Assembly: GCA_037441425.1 (NCBI GenBank)
Contig: JBBISF010000001.1
Location: 69,068-133,067 of the forward strand
DNA: 64,000 bases
Source of the DNA: Verrucomicrobiia bacterium
Lineage (GTDB): Bacteria; Verrucomicrobiota; Verrucomicrobiia; Palsa-1439
Direction of reading: 5' to 3'
Part shown: piece by piece, positions 1 to 10,105 of the stretch
Numbering within the stretch: the first letter of the stretch is position 1
How the letters are laid out: each line of letters opens with the position of its first letter
Translations under genes and position numbers: made by a program
Notes under the pieces: model-generated
What the model was told of the DNA's origin: nothing
The model's input: only the letters and a program-made list of their open reading frames with translations
Database searches by the model: none

Positions 1-578
1 AATTCCTGCTGAATCCGAAAACCGGTTGGGTTGCCGGTTGGCGCAGCCGTGATGGGGAACTGCACGACTACGCGTTTACTTGGGTCAACGGCGTCACGGC
101 CGCCTTCGGCTTATTGGACCAGCCCGTGGCGCGCCGGGCACTGCACGGGCTTGAAAAGCTGCGGCGCACACAACGCGTGGACTCCGGCTTCAGCGGTGTG
201 CCGTTCAACCTCTGGCCCATTCGCCGCGACGATCATATGCTGCCCAAAACGTGGGGCGTATTCCCGACCACGCCCACATTTGAGTTCTACACGGACGGCG
301 CGATGGGCGCGATTTTCGCGATCTATTACCTGCGGGCGCTGGCGGATTGCGGGTTGCGGCAATCGGCGCGGAAGTTGGCCAACGAAATGGCGGCCGGCTA
401 CGAGGCCGGGTTCTGGACGGGCGGCACCGGCAGCGGCGTCGAATTCCGCTCTTGGGATGGTTTGTGTACCGGCTACGAAGGCACGTTCGTCGGGAACTTT
501 GCTCCGTTGTACGGCATCGCCATTGAACAAGGTCTGATCAAACCTCCCACCCCCGAATGGTGGCCGGCGGGTGGTTGA
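1..578 (+). CDS. C-terminal fragment of a putative glycoside-hydrolase-like protein; gene begins upstream of the window
   Basis: The frame beginning at nt 3 is open to the window edge and reads as a globular protein (FLLNPKTGWVAGW...TWVNGVTAAFGLL...SWDGLCTGYEGTFVGNFAPLYGIAIEQGL). The listed 114..578 ORF only uses an internal TTG. The alternative 31..537 frame is low-complexity. Confidence 0.4.
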   Translation, partial: FLLNPKTGWVAGWRSRDGELHDYAFTWVNGVTAAFGLLDQPVARRALHGLEKLRRTQRVDSGFSGVPFNLWPIRRDDHMLPKTWGVFPTTPTFEFYTDGAMGAIFAIYYLRALADCGLRQSARKLANEMAAGYEAGFWTGGTGSGVEFRSWDGLCTGYEGTFVGNFAPLYGIAIEQGLIKPPTPEWWPAGG

Positions 579-675
579 GGGCGGTCGCGCCTGTCATGAA
601 CGTCTGCCGCCATTCGTTCATCCGTTGTGCACGCACCACCGCAGGAGGGCACGATCTACCGGGGCCGCCCGATGA

Positions 676-2004
676 TCAATGCGGCAGGCCGAAGACGTAA
701 TAGACTAGGCACAGTAAACCCAGCACAACCGAGCCGCCGTTCAGTTCTTGCCCGCGGCCCGTGGCGATCTTCATCACCGGGTACAAGACCAGCCCGGCCG
801 TCAACCCGTTGCCGATGTTGAAGGTGAACACCATCATGACAATCGTCGCGAAGGCCGGCACGAGTTCGGTCAGATCGTCGAAATCAATCCCGCGCACCGA
901 GTTGATCATGAGCACGCCCACCGCGATCAGCGCCGGGCCGTAGGCGTATTTCAATTGCTGGAGCGGCGCGACCAACGGAATGAAAAACAGGGACACGGCA
1001 AACAACGCCGCCGTTGTCACCGCCGCCAAGCCGGTGCGCGCCCCTTCGCGGATGCCAGTCGCCGATTCGATGTAGGCGCCGCTGGTGGACGTGCCGAGCA
1101 CGCCGGCGACAACGCAACTGACGGCGTCCACCATCATGGGGCGTTCGATTTCCGGGAAGTTCCCTTTCTCATCCAACATCCCGCCCGCCGCGCCGACGCC
1201 AACCAGTGTGCCCAGCGTGTCGAGGAAACTCATCAGAAACAACGTCAGCAGCACCGGCAAAAAACTCAGTTGCAGCACGCCGCGAATATCGAGTTTCAGC
1301 GCGATCGGACTCAAGCTGTATTCACCGGTAAACGGCCAGGCCGCGATGCCGGCGGGCAACTGCGCCACGCCCAGAAACCATCCCAGCACGGCGGTGACGG
1401 CAATGCCAATGAGAATTGCACCGGGAATGCGCCGGTACATCAGCACGGCGATGAGCGCAAATCCCAGAATGGCCAACCAGACTTCCGTCTGGCGCAGATT
1501 GCCGATCACCACCGGTACGGCTGGCGAGGCTGATCGGGTGACGATGCCGGTTTCAAACAGTCCGATGAACGCCAGAAACAAACCGATCCCGGCAGCGAAA
1601 CTGTGTTTCAAGCTGACGGAGATGGAGTTGGCCAGCCAGGAACGAATCTTGAGGACAGTGATGACCAGAAACGCCACGCCGCTGATGAACACCGCACCGA
1701 TGGCTTGCGGCCAAGTGGCCGTGAATCCCATCGCCGCCAAACCAAACGCGATGAAGGCGTTCTCCCCCATGTAGGGCGCGACCGCGATGGGCCGGTTGGC
1801 ATACAAGCCCATCAGCAGCGAGCCGATGGCCGCCACCAGAATCGTCGCCACCGTGCTCGGACCGGCGGGAATGCCGATGGCCTTCAGGATCGCGGGGTTG
1901 ACCACGATGATGTAGGCCATCGTGATAAACGTCGTCACCCCACCCAGCACTTCGATGCGCACCGACGTGCCGCGTTCGCGCAAGCGGAAGAGACGCTCGA
2001 ACAT
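676..2004 (-). CDS. NCS2-family purine permease (AzgA/PbuG-like guanine/hypoxanthine permease)
   Basis: The N-terminus MFERLFRLRERGTSVRIEVLGGVTTFITMAYIIVVNP is the hallmark of AzgA/PbuG permeases. It is a 442-aa polytopic protein. Confidence 0.85.
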   Translation of the reverse strand: MFERLFRLRERGTSVRIEVLGGVTTFITMAYIIVVNPAILKAIGIPAGPSTVATILVAAIGSLLMGLYANRPIAVAPYMGENAFIAFGLAAMGFTATWPQAIGAVFISGVAFLVITVLKIRSWLANSISVSLKHSFAAGIGLFLAFIGLFETGIVTRSASPAVPVVIGNLRQTEVWLAILGFALIAVLMYRRIPGAILIGIAVTAVLGWFLGVAQLPAGIAAWPFTGEYSLSPIALKLDIRGVLQLSFLPVLLTLFLMSFLDTLGTLVGVGAAGGMLDEKGNFPEIERPMMVDAVSCVVAGVLGTSTSGAYIESATGIREGARTGLAAVTTAALFAVSLFFIPLVAPLQQLKYAYGPALIAVGVLMINSVRGIDFDDLTELVPAFATIVMMVFTFNIGNGLTAGLVLYPVMKIATGRGQELNGGSVVLGLLCLVYYVFGLPH

Positions 2005-2047
2005 AAATTGTACGCCCCTTCAGAGAAGCGGCCTACATGACCGGCCA

Positions 2048-2398
2048 CTACTCCCCGGCTTCGAACAACTCAAATTGATTGTTGTCCGGGTCCTTGACTG
2101 TGATCGTCCGTCCCACCGAATCCGTCACCACGGCGCCGACGAATTCCACGCCGCGCTGCTTGAGCGTGGTAATCGTTCCATCCAAATCCTCCACCGCAAG
2201 GCTGACGTACGGATTGCGCGCGCCGCCGTGCGGTTCGGCTTGTTGCAGACCCAGGTGAATTGCGCCGAGATCAATCTCCGCCCATTGCGCCGCGTCATCC
2301 CGGTAAGCGACTTTTAATCCCAGTGATTTCTCGTAGAACGCGCACGCCCGGTTCAAATCCGCCACTTTAAACACCACATTTTCAATTCCCGTAATCAT
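2048..2398 (-). CDS. VOC-family (glyoxalase/bleomycin-resistance fold) protein
   Basis: MITGIENVVFKVADLNRACAFYEKSLGL...VKDPDNNQFELFE is a typical single VOC domain. Start taken at the ATG at 2398; the upstream in-frame ATG at 2437 is also possible. Confidence 0.7.
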   Translation of the reverse strand: MITGIENVVFKVADLNRACAFYEKSLGLKVAYRDDAAQWAEIDLGAIHLGLQQAEPHGGARNPYVSLAVEDLDGTITTLKQRGVEFVGAVVTDSVGRTITVKDPDNNQFELFEAGE

Positions 2399-2460
2399 GA
2401 TGGCCTCATTACTAGGCCACCGGTCACGACGGGTCAAGCGCAGCTTTGCCGGAAGGAAGA

Positions 2461-2940
2461 TCAGGATTGGCCGGCCAGTGCGGGAGTGGGCGGCGCGAAG
2501 TAGAGGTTGAGGTGCTGAAGGAACGCTTGCGAATCGAGCGGCTTGGGCAGGAGTTCATCCACACCGTCGCGGAACTCGGGCGGCAAAAATTTAGGATCCA
2601 CACCGGTAATACCGATTACTTTGGCGGCCGGACTAAGTTGCCGGACAAACTGCAACGTCTCCGCGCCATCAAATTGTGGCATGTCGAAATCCAGCAGCAC
2701 CACTTTGACGTCTTCAGGCGCGTACCGGAGGACGTTCAGCCCTTTCGGGCCGCTGGAGGATTTCAAGACGTTGAACCCCGCCTCGCGGAGCAGCCCTACT
2801 GTAACGTCCAAGTAGCTCGCGTCATCATCAATGACCAGCACCGTGTGTCGCTGGCGCTCCTGCTCTTGTTCCGCTTCCGCGCGCTCCCTGGCAGAATTGT
2901 CATCAATGAATAATGCGCCCAAAGAAGCAAAGAGTCCCAT
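2461..2940 (-). CDS. stand-alone response-regulator receiver domain protein (CheY-like)
   Basis: VLVIDDD...VVLLDFDMPQFDG...KVIGITG has the acidic pocket and a conserved Asp in a receiver fold. There is no output domain. Confidence 0.7.
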   Translation of the reverse strand: MGLFASLGALFIDDNSARERAEAEQEQERQRHTVLVIDDDASYLDVTVGLLREAGFNVLKSSSGPKGLNVLRYAPEDVKVVLLDFDMPQFDGAETLQFVRQLSPAAKVIGITGVDPKFLPPEFRDGVDELLPKPLDSQAFLQHLNLYFAPPTPALAGQS

Positions 2941-3135
2941 ATGTCTGTCCCCTCATCAGTTAGCGGAACCACCCGGCCCGACGGTTTCCCACGTTCATCC
3001 GTGATAATTTGATAATTCCGGTGCGAACGTTTTTGGCCCACGCCGTGCAGCCGCCAAGTACGGGCAGGCACATCACGACACTCTTCTCGCATTTGTCTGT
3101 GGGTTGCGTTCTCACCACCACCTCTAAAAAGCCGA

Positions 3136-4503
3136 TTGCGTGCCAGCGACGGGCGCCTGCTCAATGGTGATCAGGCGGGACGCTGCCGGGGTATTCCGAA
3201 CCGGCTTGACGCCGGGAGGCTGATTGATAAACTTTATCAAAACTTCCATTTGAGCAAGATCGCCTCCATCTTGGTTGCCGGTTGTTGTCTATTGGGTGGC
3301 CCAGCTTGGGCCGCCGAGCCAACCGTCCTGGCGCATTACATGCCGTGGTTCAAGGCGGAGAAGCAACCGGATGGCACGATGGTTTGGGATCATTGGCAGT
3401 GGTACGGCAAGGGACCGAAACATGATCCCGACGACATCCTGCCGAACGGTCACCGCGACATCTGCTCGATCTACTATCCGCTCATCGGCCCGTACGACGG
3501 ACGCGATCCCGATGTGCTGGAGTACCACATGTTGACGGCCAAAGTGGCCGGGATTGACGGCTTCGTCGCCGATTGGTACGGGCCGCATAGTTTCGCCGAT
3601 CAAGTCTTTGGCGCGATGGTGGCGGCTGCCGAGCGCTGCCGGATGCGCCTCGCCATCTGTTTGGAGGAGAAATCATTCTTCCCGCCGTACAGCCAAGCCA
3701 AAACCCGCGCGGAAGCGATGGACGTGATGACGGCGCAGGTGGAATACGTCCTCGCGCGATACGCGCGATCGTCCGCGTACCTGCGGCGGAACGGATTGCC
3801 GGTTCTGTTTGTCTTTGCTGGTTGGGAACAAACCGGCCTCGGCCCGAACACATTTTCACCCGAGGAATTGACGGCGATCATGCGCCGATTCCAGGATCAC
3901 CGGTTCCTCTACGTGCGCGGCGGCGTGGATTTCCGGTACACCGACTCCGCGCGCGGCTGTTACCTCTGGAGCGCGGATGGCCGCCCGCGCGATCCGGCAT
4001 ACAAGGAGGCGTGCGCCGCGCGGAAGAGCGGGCAGATTAATTATTGGGTTGGCGGCGTGTGCCCGGGGTTCAACGATGCCGGGGTGTGGGGTTGGGGCAA
4101 CGGCCCGCGGATTACAGACCGGCGGGGCGACAAAGAATACCGGGAAAGCTGGCAGGACGTGTTGACGTACCGGCCGGACGCGGTGCAGATCATCACGTGG
4201 AACGATTTCGGTGAGGGGACGACGATTGAGCCGGCAGAACCGTATGGATTCGAGTTCGTCAATCTCACCGAACAGTTCGTGGCCCGTTTCACGGGTCGGC
4301 GGGCTTATCTCAAGGATAATCGCTGGCCTTACCGGATCTTCCAACTGCGGCGCAAGATCGAAACATTGCCGGAAGGGCCGGACCGCAAGGCGTGGACGCG
4401 GTCGGTGGATCGGTTTGTGGAGGCGTTGATTGGCGGACGGCGGTGGTTCATGGAACACAGGTTAATCAGCATGGAGCGTGCACTGGCAGGAGGCGGCAAA
4501 TGA
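3136..4503 (+). CDS. secreted TIM-barrel glycoside hydrolase, GH99/GH71-like (putative endo-alpha-mannosidase family)
   Basis: Signal peptide KIASILVAGCCLLGGPAWAA, then AHYMPWF...WDHWQWYG...YYPLIGPYDGRDPDVLEYHMLTAKVAGIDGFVADWYG. The true start may be the TTG at 3250, which gives a canonical signal peptide, rather than the ATG at 3136. Confidence 0.5.
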   Translation: MRASDGRLLNGDQAGRCRGIPNRLDAGRLIDKLYQNFHLSKIASILVAGCCLLGGPAWAAEPTVLAHYMPWFKAEKQPDGTMVWDHWQWYGKGPKHDPDDILPNGHRDICSIYYPLIGPYDGRDPDVLEYHMLTAKVAGIDGFVADWYGPHSFADQVFGAMVAAAERCRMRLAICLEEKSFFPPYSQAKTRAEAMDVMTAQVEYVLARYARSSAYLRRNGLPVLFVFAGWEQTGLGPNTFSPEELTAIMRRFQDHRFLYVRGGVDFRYTDSARGCYLWSADGRPRDPAYKEACAARKSGQINYWVGGVCPGFNDAGVWGWGNGPRITDRRGDKEYRESWQDVLTYRPDAVQIITWNDFGEGTTIEPAEPYGFEFVNLTEQFVARFTGRRAYLKDNRWPYRIFQLRRKIETLPEGPDRKAWTRSVDRFVEALIGGRRWFMEHRLISMERALAGGGK

Positions 4504-5402
4504 AGCGACAATTCGCGGCGTTCATCATGGGGATGGCGATGTGGAGCGTGACCGGGAAGGCGTCGGAGATCGAGTTGTTCCGCGCTTCGCAAGCCGGGGA
4601 GAAGGCCTGGGTGTGGGACACGGCGCAGGCCAAGCAAACCAACGGCAAACTGTTGGTCCGCCTGCATAACGCCGCGGGCGATTCCGGTAACGCGTTCATT
4701 GCGGATCGTTTCCCGTATTTTCCCAACGAGAAAATTGAGGTCACCGTCACCGAGGTGCCGCGGGGGAACTACACGTTGCAGGTGCTGGGCTTCCGCAAGG
4801 ATCACCCTGTGGCCACAGCCAATCTGATTGATGGTTCGGTTGCCACGGGTCGCCAGCAATTTGATCTCAAGGCCGCTGGGTTCGGCAAGGGCGTGGATCA
4901 GGTGATGTTCAAGGTGTGGGTGGGCGGGGCGAAAGCCGCGGCGGTGCTGCTGGATGATCTGGTCCTCACGTTGCCGCTGGATGGTTTTACGGCGGCGCTG
5001 GACGAATCGTTTCAAGACGCGGCGGCATGGGAGAACGAAAGTCTCGCCGTCAGCAATTCACCGGCCGGGCTGCTCTTCACGTTGAAACCCGGCACGAGCT
5101 ACGGCTCTGTCCGCGGCCTGAAGCGGCTCGCGCAGCAGCCGGGTTTGACGTTGTTATGGAACGTCGCCCGCGCGGATGCCGGTGACGCGTCGCTGCAAGT
5201 TGTGGCGTTCGATTCGGACGGCAAGTATCTGACGTCTCTGGATGTGGTGAAGAACGCGCAGGCCGGTTGGCACGCCGCGGCGCTGGATTCGTTGAGTTGG
5301 CCGGCGGGCACGACCAGTTTCGAAATCAAAATCTGGGTGGGCGGCGAACCTTCAGCGGTTGTACGTTTTGGACGACTACTGATTCTCCGGCCCGCGCCGT
5401 GA
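4500..5402 (+). CDS. secreted protein with two tandem beta-sandwich (CBM-like) repeats, translationally coupled to the upstream hydrolase
   Basis: ATG 4500 overlaps the hydrolase TGA (ATGA) and is preceded by AGGAGG at 4487-4492. It has a signal peptide, MKRQFAAFIMGMAMWSVTG. Internal repeats end in KVWVGGAKAAAVLLDDLVLT and KIWVGGEPSAVVRFGRLLIL. Confidence 0.6.
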   Translation: MKRQFAAFIMGMAMWSVTGKASEIELFRASQAGEKAWVWDTAQAKQTNGKLLVRLHNAAGDSGNAFIADRFPYFPNEKIEVTVTEVPRGNYTLQVLGFRKDHPVATANLIDGSVATGRQQFDLKAAGFGKGVDQVMFKVWVGGAKAAAVLLDDLVLTLPLDGFTAALDESFQDAAAWENESLAVSNSPAGLLFTLKPGTSYGSVRGLKRLAQQPGLTLLWNVARADAGDASLQVVAFDSDGKYLTSLDVVKNAQAGWHAAALDSLSWPAGTTSFEIKIWVGGEPSAVVRFGRLLILRPAP

Positions 5403-5417
5403 TCGGCGGGCGGATTA

Positions 5418-6113
5418 TCATTGGATGTACCAGTCGTTGTTGTTGAACACGTAGAACGCCCGCGCGACCGTCAGGTATTCGACGGACATATCCGCAAAGA
5501 GGTAGTTGCCGCCGTTCCCATTCTGGTGGATGAAGCCGGGAATGGTGTCGAGACTACAAAAGGAGAACTGGCCCACGTATCCCCGATTGGACGGCGCGTC
5601 GCCGGGCCTTTCAGCGATTAGGATCAGGCGGTTCTTCGCCGTGCCGACATCGTCCAATCGGTGGATCGGTGCCTTGCCGAAAGTTCCGAACGGCAAATCC
5701 GTCCACGTGTACGGCGCATAGGAAACTCCGCCGTTGGCGGCATAGGAGCGCGGCGACAGGGCTGAACCAGTGCGCGGCCATGGGTCACTGGGACACAGGA
5801 AAATGGCTTTCGAATTACTCAGATAGGGTAAGAGCTTGATATCCCATGTCACGCCACCGGGATCGTCGATGGGTGGGAGATAACCGTCGTAATCACTGGC
5901 GTAAAGATGCAGGGCTTGGCTGAGATTGCGGAGGTTGCTGACGCAGCGGGCCATGCGGCCTTTTTCCCGGGCATTAGAAAGGGCTGGTAGGAGCATTGCC
6001 GCCAGAAGAGCGATAATCGCGATGACGACCAGCAATTCCACAAGGGTAAAGGCTGCTTTTCGAGCCTTTTCTGGCCTTGACAACCCCAAGTCTCTCGTGT
6101 AGTAATTAGCCAT
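5418..6113 (-). CDS. prepilin-type N-terminal cleavage/methylation domain protein with DUF1559 (pseudopilin-like; PVC-lineage hallmark)
   Basis: [27 protein letters not shown] is a type IV pilin N-methylation motif, followed by a DUF1559-like body ([22 protein letters not shown]). Confidence 0.8.
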   Translation of the reverse strand: MANYYTRDLGLSRPEKARKAAFTLVELLVVIAIIALLAAMLLPALSNAREKGRMARCVSNLRNLSQALHLYASDYDGYLPPIDDPGGVTWDIKLLPYLSNSKAIFLCPSDPWPRTGSALSPRSYAANGGVSYAPYTWTDLPFGTFGKAPIHRLDDVGTAKNRLILIAERPGDAPSNRGYVGQFSFCSLDTIPGFIHQNGNGGNYLFADMSVEYLTVARAFYVFNNNDWYIQ

Positions 6114-6217
6114 TGATTAACATTATCAATGTGGTAAGGTTCCATAGTTCGGGCAACATGTCAAACTCAAACGCAAAATCCCAGCCACAGACGGCGGGAG
6201 GAAGAAAGAGGGACAAT

Positions 6218-6835
6218 ATGAAAAACATAGCAGGAAAACTGGTGTTTTGTGCCATCGTTGGCTGCGGTTTACTGCTCGCCTGTACAGCGCGGGCGACAAT
6301 TATCTGGTCGGAGGACTTCTCGAATGTTAGCGACTGGACAGTCATCGCCGATCCGGGTGGTGGTTCGACCATCACGTCGGACGGTAATCTGGGGCTGCTT
6401 TATGTTAACGCGGCCAACAATCAGGCGGCGTTCGGTCCCCAAACGGGTGTCGCGCCGTTTGTCCCGTTTGATCCTAATTACAAGGCCAGTTACACCATGG
6501 GGTTCACAGTCGCCGCGATCACATACTCGACCAGTTACGATATTGCCTTGGACGAGTTTAACTCGGGCGGAAACTATATCGGAACAGTGTGGCAGGTTTT
6601 CCCGACGGCGAGCACCAGCACGTTTGTCGGCTCGACGAGCGTGTCACTCGGCGCGTTCACGTACACGGCCGGGACAACGTACCTGATGCCGAAGATCACG
6701 GTGCACACCGGCGACCCTGCCCAAACCGTCAGTTTCGACAACCTGCAATTCGATCTAGCCGTGCCGGAGCCTTCCGTGGTGGCGCTCTTGGCTGTTGGGT
6801 TGGGAATGGTATGGCAACGGCGCCGGCACCGGTAA
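6218..6835 (+). CDS. PEP-CTERM sorting-domain secreted protein
   Basis: GGAGG precedes the ATG at 6218. Signal peptide LVFCAIVGCGLLLACTARA. C-terminal VPEPSVVALLAVGLGMVWQRRRHR is PEP, a TM helix and a basic tail. Confidence 0.7.
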   Translation: MKNIAGKLVFCAIVGCGLLLACTARATIIWSEDFSNVSDWTVIADPGGGSTITSDGNLGLLYVNAANNQAAFGPQTGVAPFVPFDPNYKASYTMGFTVAAITYSTSYDIALDEFNSGGNYIGTVWQVFPTASTSTFVGSTSVSLGAFTYTAGTTYLMPKITVHTGDPAQTVSFDNLQFDLAVPEPSVVALLAVGLGMVWQRRRHR

Positions 6836-6882
6836 AACGATTGACGCGCGGGTGCCTGCGCGGCAAACTGTGGCCTCTCAGA

Positions 6883-8310
6883 ATGAGCGCGGCTCGCGCC
6901 AGCACGAGTTTCGTCGTCGCCACAATCTGTTTGGTGGTGCTGTGTGGTTGCAGCCCTACTCCCAGGGACCGGACTCCCGATGGACGCGTGATCGTTCACT
7001 ACTGGGAGAAGTGGACCGGGTTTGAAGGCGACGCGATGGATGCCGTCGTTGCGGATTTCAATGCGTCGCAACATCACATTCTCGTTCAAAAACTCACGGT
7101 CAGCCAGATTGATCACAAGCTGATCCTCGCCACTGCCGGTGGTGATCCGCCCGATGTTGCGGGTTTGTGGTCGCACACGGTACCGGATTTCGCCGAGAAG
7201 AACGCGCTGATGCCGCTGGACAAGTTCGCCGCGCAAGCCGGCATCAAATCCACGGACTACATCCCGGTCATCTGGCAACTCTGTTGCCATCGTGGGTTCC
7301 TGTGGGCGTTGCCGAGCACGCCGGCTTCGGTGGCGTTGCATTGGAACAAAAAACTTTTTCGTGAAGCGGGGCTTGATCCGAACCGGCCACCGCGCAGGCT
7401 CGACGAACTCGACGCCATGAGCGACCGGCTGACCATTGTCGAGATTCAACGCGGCGGAAAGACGGGGCGGGTCCGGTATACCGATCTGACTCCTGCCGAA
7501 CGGGAGGCCAAGAATTTCAGCCTCATACAGGTTGGCCATCTGCCGCAAGTGCCGGGGTGGTGGATGCAGATGTGGGGCTATTGGTTTGGCGGCTCATTGT
7601 GGGATGGCAACCGCAGGATCACCACGGCCAGCCCGGAAAACGTGGCGGCGTTCACGTGGGTGCAGCAGTACGCGCAGAAGCTCGGCGTGGACAACCTGCG
7701 CAGCTTCGGCGCGTCGTTTGGCAATTTCTCGTCGCCACAAAGTCCGTTCCTCGCCGGCAAGGTGGCGATGGTATTGCAGGGCGTGTGGATGTACAACTTC
7801 ATCAGCAAGTACGCGCCGCAATTGGAGTGGGGCGTGGCCCCGTTCCCGGCCAAGGACCCGCAACGGTTTCCGATGGTGACGATTGCTGAATGCGACGTGC
7901 TGGTGATACCCAAAGGCGCGCGGCATCCCCGGGAGGCGTTTGAGTTCGCGCGCTATGTGAATTTGCAAAAGCCGATGGAGAAACTGTGTCTGGGCCAGCG
8001 CAAGTTCAGTCCGTTACTCAAGGTCAGCCCGGAATTCATCGCACGGCATCCGAACCCTTACATCCAGACGTTCATCGAACTGGCCAAGAGTCCGCACGCT
8101 CGGTACGTGCCGCAGCTTTCGATCTGGCAGGAGTACCGGGACGAAATGCAGGTGGCGATGGATCGCATCCTGGCGTTGGAAGCGCCGCCGCAGGAAGCGC
8201 TCGACAACGTACAGCAGCGAGTGCAATGGCGGTTCAACCGGGTCCAGTGCCGGTGGGACGCCGTGCAGGACGAACGCCTCAAGGAATGGAACAACTATGA
8301 CGCGCGGTGA
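6883..8310 (+). CDS. ABC transporter substrate-binding lipoprotein (family-1, sugar)
   Basis: Lipobox LVVLCGCSP. SBP_bac_1-like length and composition. First gene of an SBP-permease-permease-GH130 set. Confidence 0.8.
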   Translation: MSAARASTSFVVATICLVVLCGCSPTPRDRTPDGRVIVHYWEKWTGFEGDAMDAVVADFNASQHHILVQKLTVSQIDHKLILATAGGDPPDVAGLWSHTVPDFAEKNALMPLDKFAAQAGIKSTDYIPVIWQLCCHRGFLWALPSTPASVALHWNKKLFREAGLDPNRPPRRLDELDAMSDRLTIVEIQRGGKTGRVRYTDLTPAEREAKNFSLIQVGHLPQVPGWWMQMWGYWFGGSLWDGNRRITTASPENVAAFTWVQQYAQKLGVDNLRSFGASFGNFSSPQSPFLAGKVAMVLQGVWMYNFISKYAPQLEWGVAPFPAKDPQRFPMVTIAECDVLVIPKGARHPREAFEFARYVNLQKPMEKLCLGQRKFSPLLKVSPEFIARHPNPYIQTFIELAKSPHARYVPQLSIWQEYRDEMQVAMDRILALEAPPQEALDNVQQRVQWRFNRVQCRWDAVQDERLKEWNNYDAR

Positions 8311-9181
8311 ACGCCGACAACTCTGGCTGGGGCTGGCCTTCATCAGCCCGTGGATCATCGGGTTTCTGGCGTTCACGCTCTACCCGGTGCTCGCGTCCAT
8401 CTACTATTCGTTTTGCGACTACGACGTGCTCTCCAAACCGGTCTGGGTCGGCACGCTCAATTTCCACGACATGTTGACGGACAGCGCGTTCTGGCAATCG
8501 CTTTGGAATACGCTGTATTACGCCGCGTTCTCCCTGCCGCTCGGGCTGGTGATTTCGTTGGTGGTGGCCGTGTTGCTGAACCAACCGGTCCGCGGCCGCG
8601 CGGCATTCCGCGCGATCTTTTTCCTGCCATCGCTGATCCCGATCGTGGCCGGCTCGATGATTTGGCTATGGATCTTGAACGGCAATTTCGGATTGTTGAA
8701 CCACGCGCTGGAGTTGATCGGCATCAAGGGCCCGCAGTGGCTGGCCGATGAGAAGTGGACGAAACCGTCATTGATCCTGATGTCGCTGTGGGGTTGCGGT
8801 AACACCATCGTCATTTACCTCGCCGCGTTGCAGGACGTGCCACGGTCGTTGTACGAGGCCGCGGAGATTGACGGCGCGACGGCGTGGGCGCGGCTCTGGC
8901 ACGTGACCGTCCCGATGATCTCGCCGGTCATCTACTTCAACCTCATCATGAGCATCATCGGTTCGCTGCAAGTGTTCGCCAATGCCTATATCATGCTCGG
9001 CGGCGGCGGGCCGAACCGCTCAGCGCTGTTCTACGCGGTGTACCTGTACCAAAACGCGTTTGAGTACCGGCAAATGGGTTACGCCTGCGCGATGGCGTGG
9101 GTGTTGTTCCTCATCATCCTGTTTCTGACGTGGGTCGCCACGCGCACCACGCGCAAACTCATCTTCTATGGAGGGGAATAA
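8297..9181 (+). CDS. sugar ABC transporter permease (MalF/UgpA-like)
   Basis: It has 6 TM helices and the EAA loop AAEIDGATAWARLWHVTVP. Confidence 0.85.
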   Translation: MTRGERRQLWLGLAFISPWIIGFLAFTLYPVLASIYYSFCDYDVLSKPVWVGTLNFHDMLTDSAFWQSLWNTLYYAAFSLPLGLVISLVVAVLLNQPVRGRAAFRAIFFLPSLIPIVAGSMIWLWILNGNFGLLNHALELIGIKGPQWLADEKWTKPSLILMSLWGCGNTIVIYLAALQDVPRSLYEAAEIDGATAWARLWHVTVPMISPVIYFNLIMSIIGSLQVFANAYIMLGGGGPNRSALFYAVYLYQNAFEYRQMGYACAMAWVLFLIILFLTWVATRTTRKLIFYGGE

Positions 9182-9184
9182 CGC

Positions 9185-10102
9185 ATGCGTGTCCTGTCCC
9201 GCATCCTGATCTACCTGCTGTTGCTGCTCGGTTCGGTCATGTTTCTCATCCCGCTGGTGTGGATGATTTCGACCGGTCTCAAACCGATCGAACAAACCAT
9301 GTCCATGCCGCCGACGTGGCTCCCTTACCGGTTGTACGTCAAAGCAGACGGCAAGTTGACCGAGATTCAGCAGGCCGACTTGGGCAAGTACCCGGCCAAC
9401 GAGATCGTGAAGAAATTCGCCCCGCGCTGGGGCAACTTCGCCGCGGCCATCCGCGCGATGAAGTTCTTCCCGCTCTACCTCAAGAACACGCTCGTGCTCT
9501 GCCTCCTCACGGTGATCGGCACGGTATTCTCCAGCGCGCTCGCGGCGTATGGTTTTGCGCGCATCGAATGGTTGGGCCGCAATAAGGTGTTTCTCGTGGC
9601 GCTGGCGACGATGATGGTGCCGTTCCCGGTGGTGATGGTGCCGTTGTACTGCATGTTCCGCGCGCTGGGCTGGATCGGTACACTCAAACCGTTGTGGGTC
9701 GGCTCGTTCTTTGCCGGGGCGTTCAACGTGTTCCTGCTCCGGCAATTCTTCATGTCGATTCCCAAAGACCTATCCGAAGCTGCCCGGATCGACGGCTGCA
9801 GCGAGTTTCGTATCTTCTGGCAGATCATCCTGCCGTTGTGCCGGCCCGCACTGATGGTCGTCGGCCTGTTCCAGTTCATGGCGACATGGAACGATTTTCT
9901 CGGCCCGCTGATTTACCTGACCGACCAGAAGGATTTCACGCTGGCGCTCGGCCTGCAGTTCTTCCAGAGCCAGCACGGCGGCACCGAGTGGCATTACCTG
10001 ATGGCCGCCAGCACGTTGGTCGCGTTGCCGATCATTGTCCTCTTCTTCTTCACGCAAAAAACATTCATCGAAGGCATTTCGATGACCGGTCTCAAGGGCT
10101 AA
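9185..10102 (+). CDS. sugar ABC transporter permease (MalG/UgpE-like)
   Basis: EAA loop EAARIDGCSEFRIFWQIILP. It starts 4 nt after the upstream permease. Confidence 0.85.
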   Translation: MRVLSRILIYLLLLLGSVMFLIPLVWMISTGLKPIEQTMSMPPTWLPYRLYVKADGKLTEIQQADLGKYPANEIVKKFAPRWGNFAAAIRAMKFFPLYLKNTLVLCLLTVIGTVFSSALAAYGFARIEWLGRNKVFLVALATMMVPFPVVMVPLYCMFRALGWIGTLKPLWVGSFFAGAFNVFLLRQFFMSIPKDLSEAARIDGCSEFRIFWQIILPLCRPALMVVGLFQFMATWNDFLGPLIYLTDQKDFTLALGLQFFQSQHGGTEWHYLMAASTLVALPIIVLFFFTQKTFIEGISMTGLKG

Positions 10103-10105
10103 CCA

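Noticed and set aside
31-537. 168-aa plus-strand ORF at the window start
   Set aside because: It is low-complexity. The overlapping frame that is open to nt 1 gives a globular, domain-like translation instead.
748-1774. 261-aa and 229-aa ORFs on the plus strand
   Set aside because: They are antisense to the NCS2 permease and are His/Arg/Gln-rich.
6574-7548. 324-aa ORF on the minus strand
   Set aside because: It is antisense to the PEP-CTERM and SBP genes.
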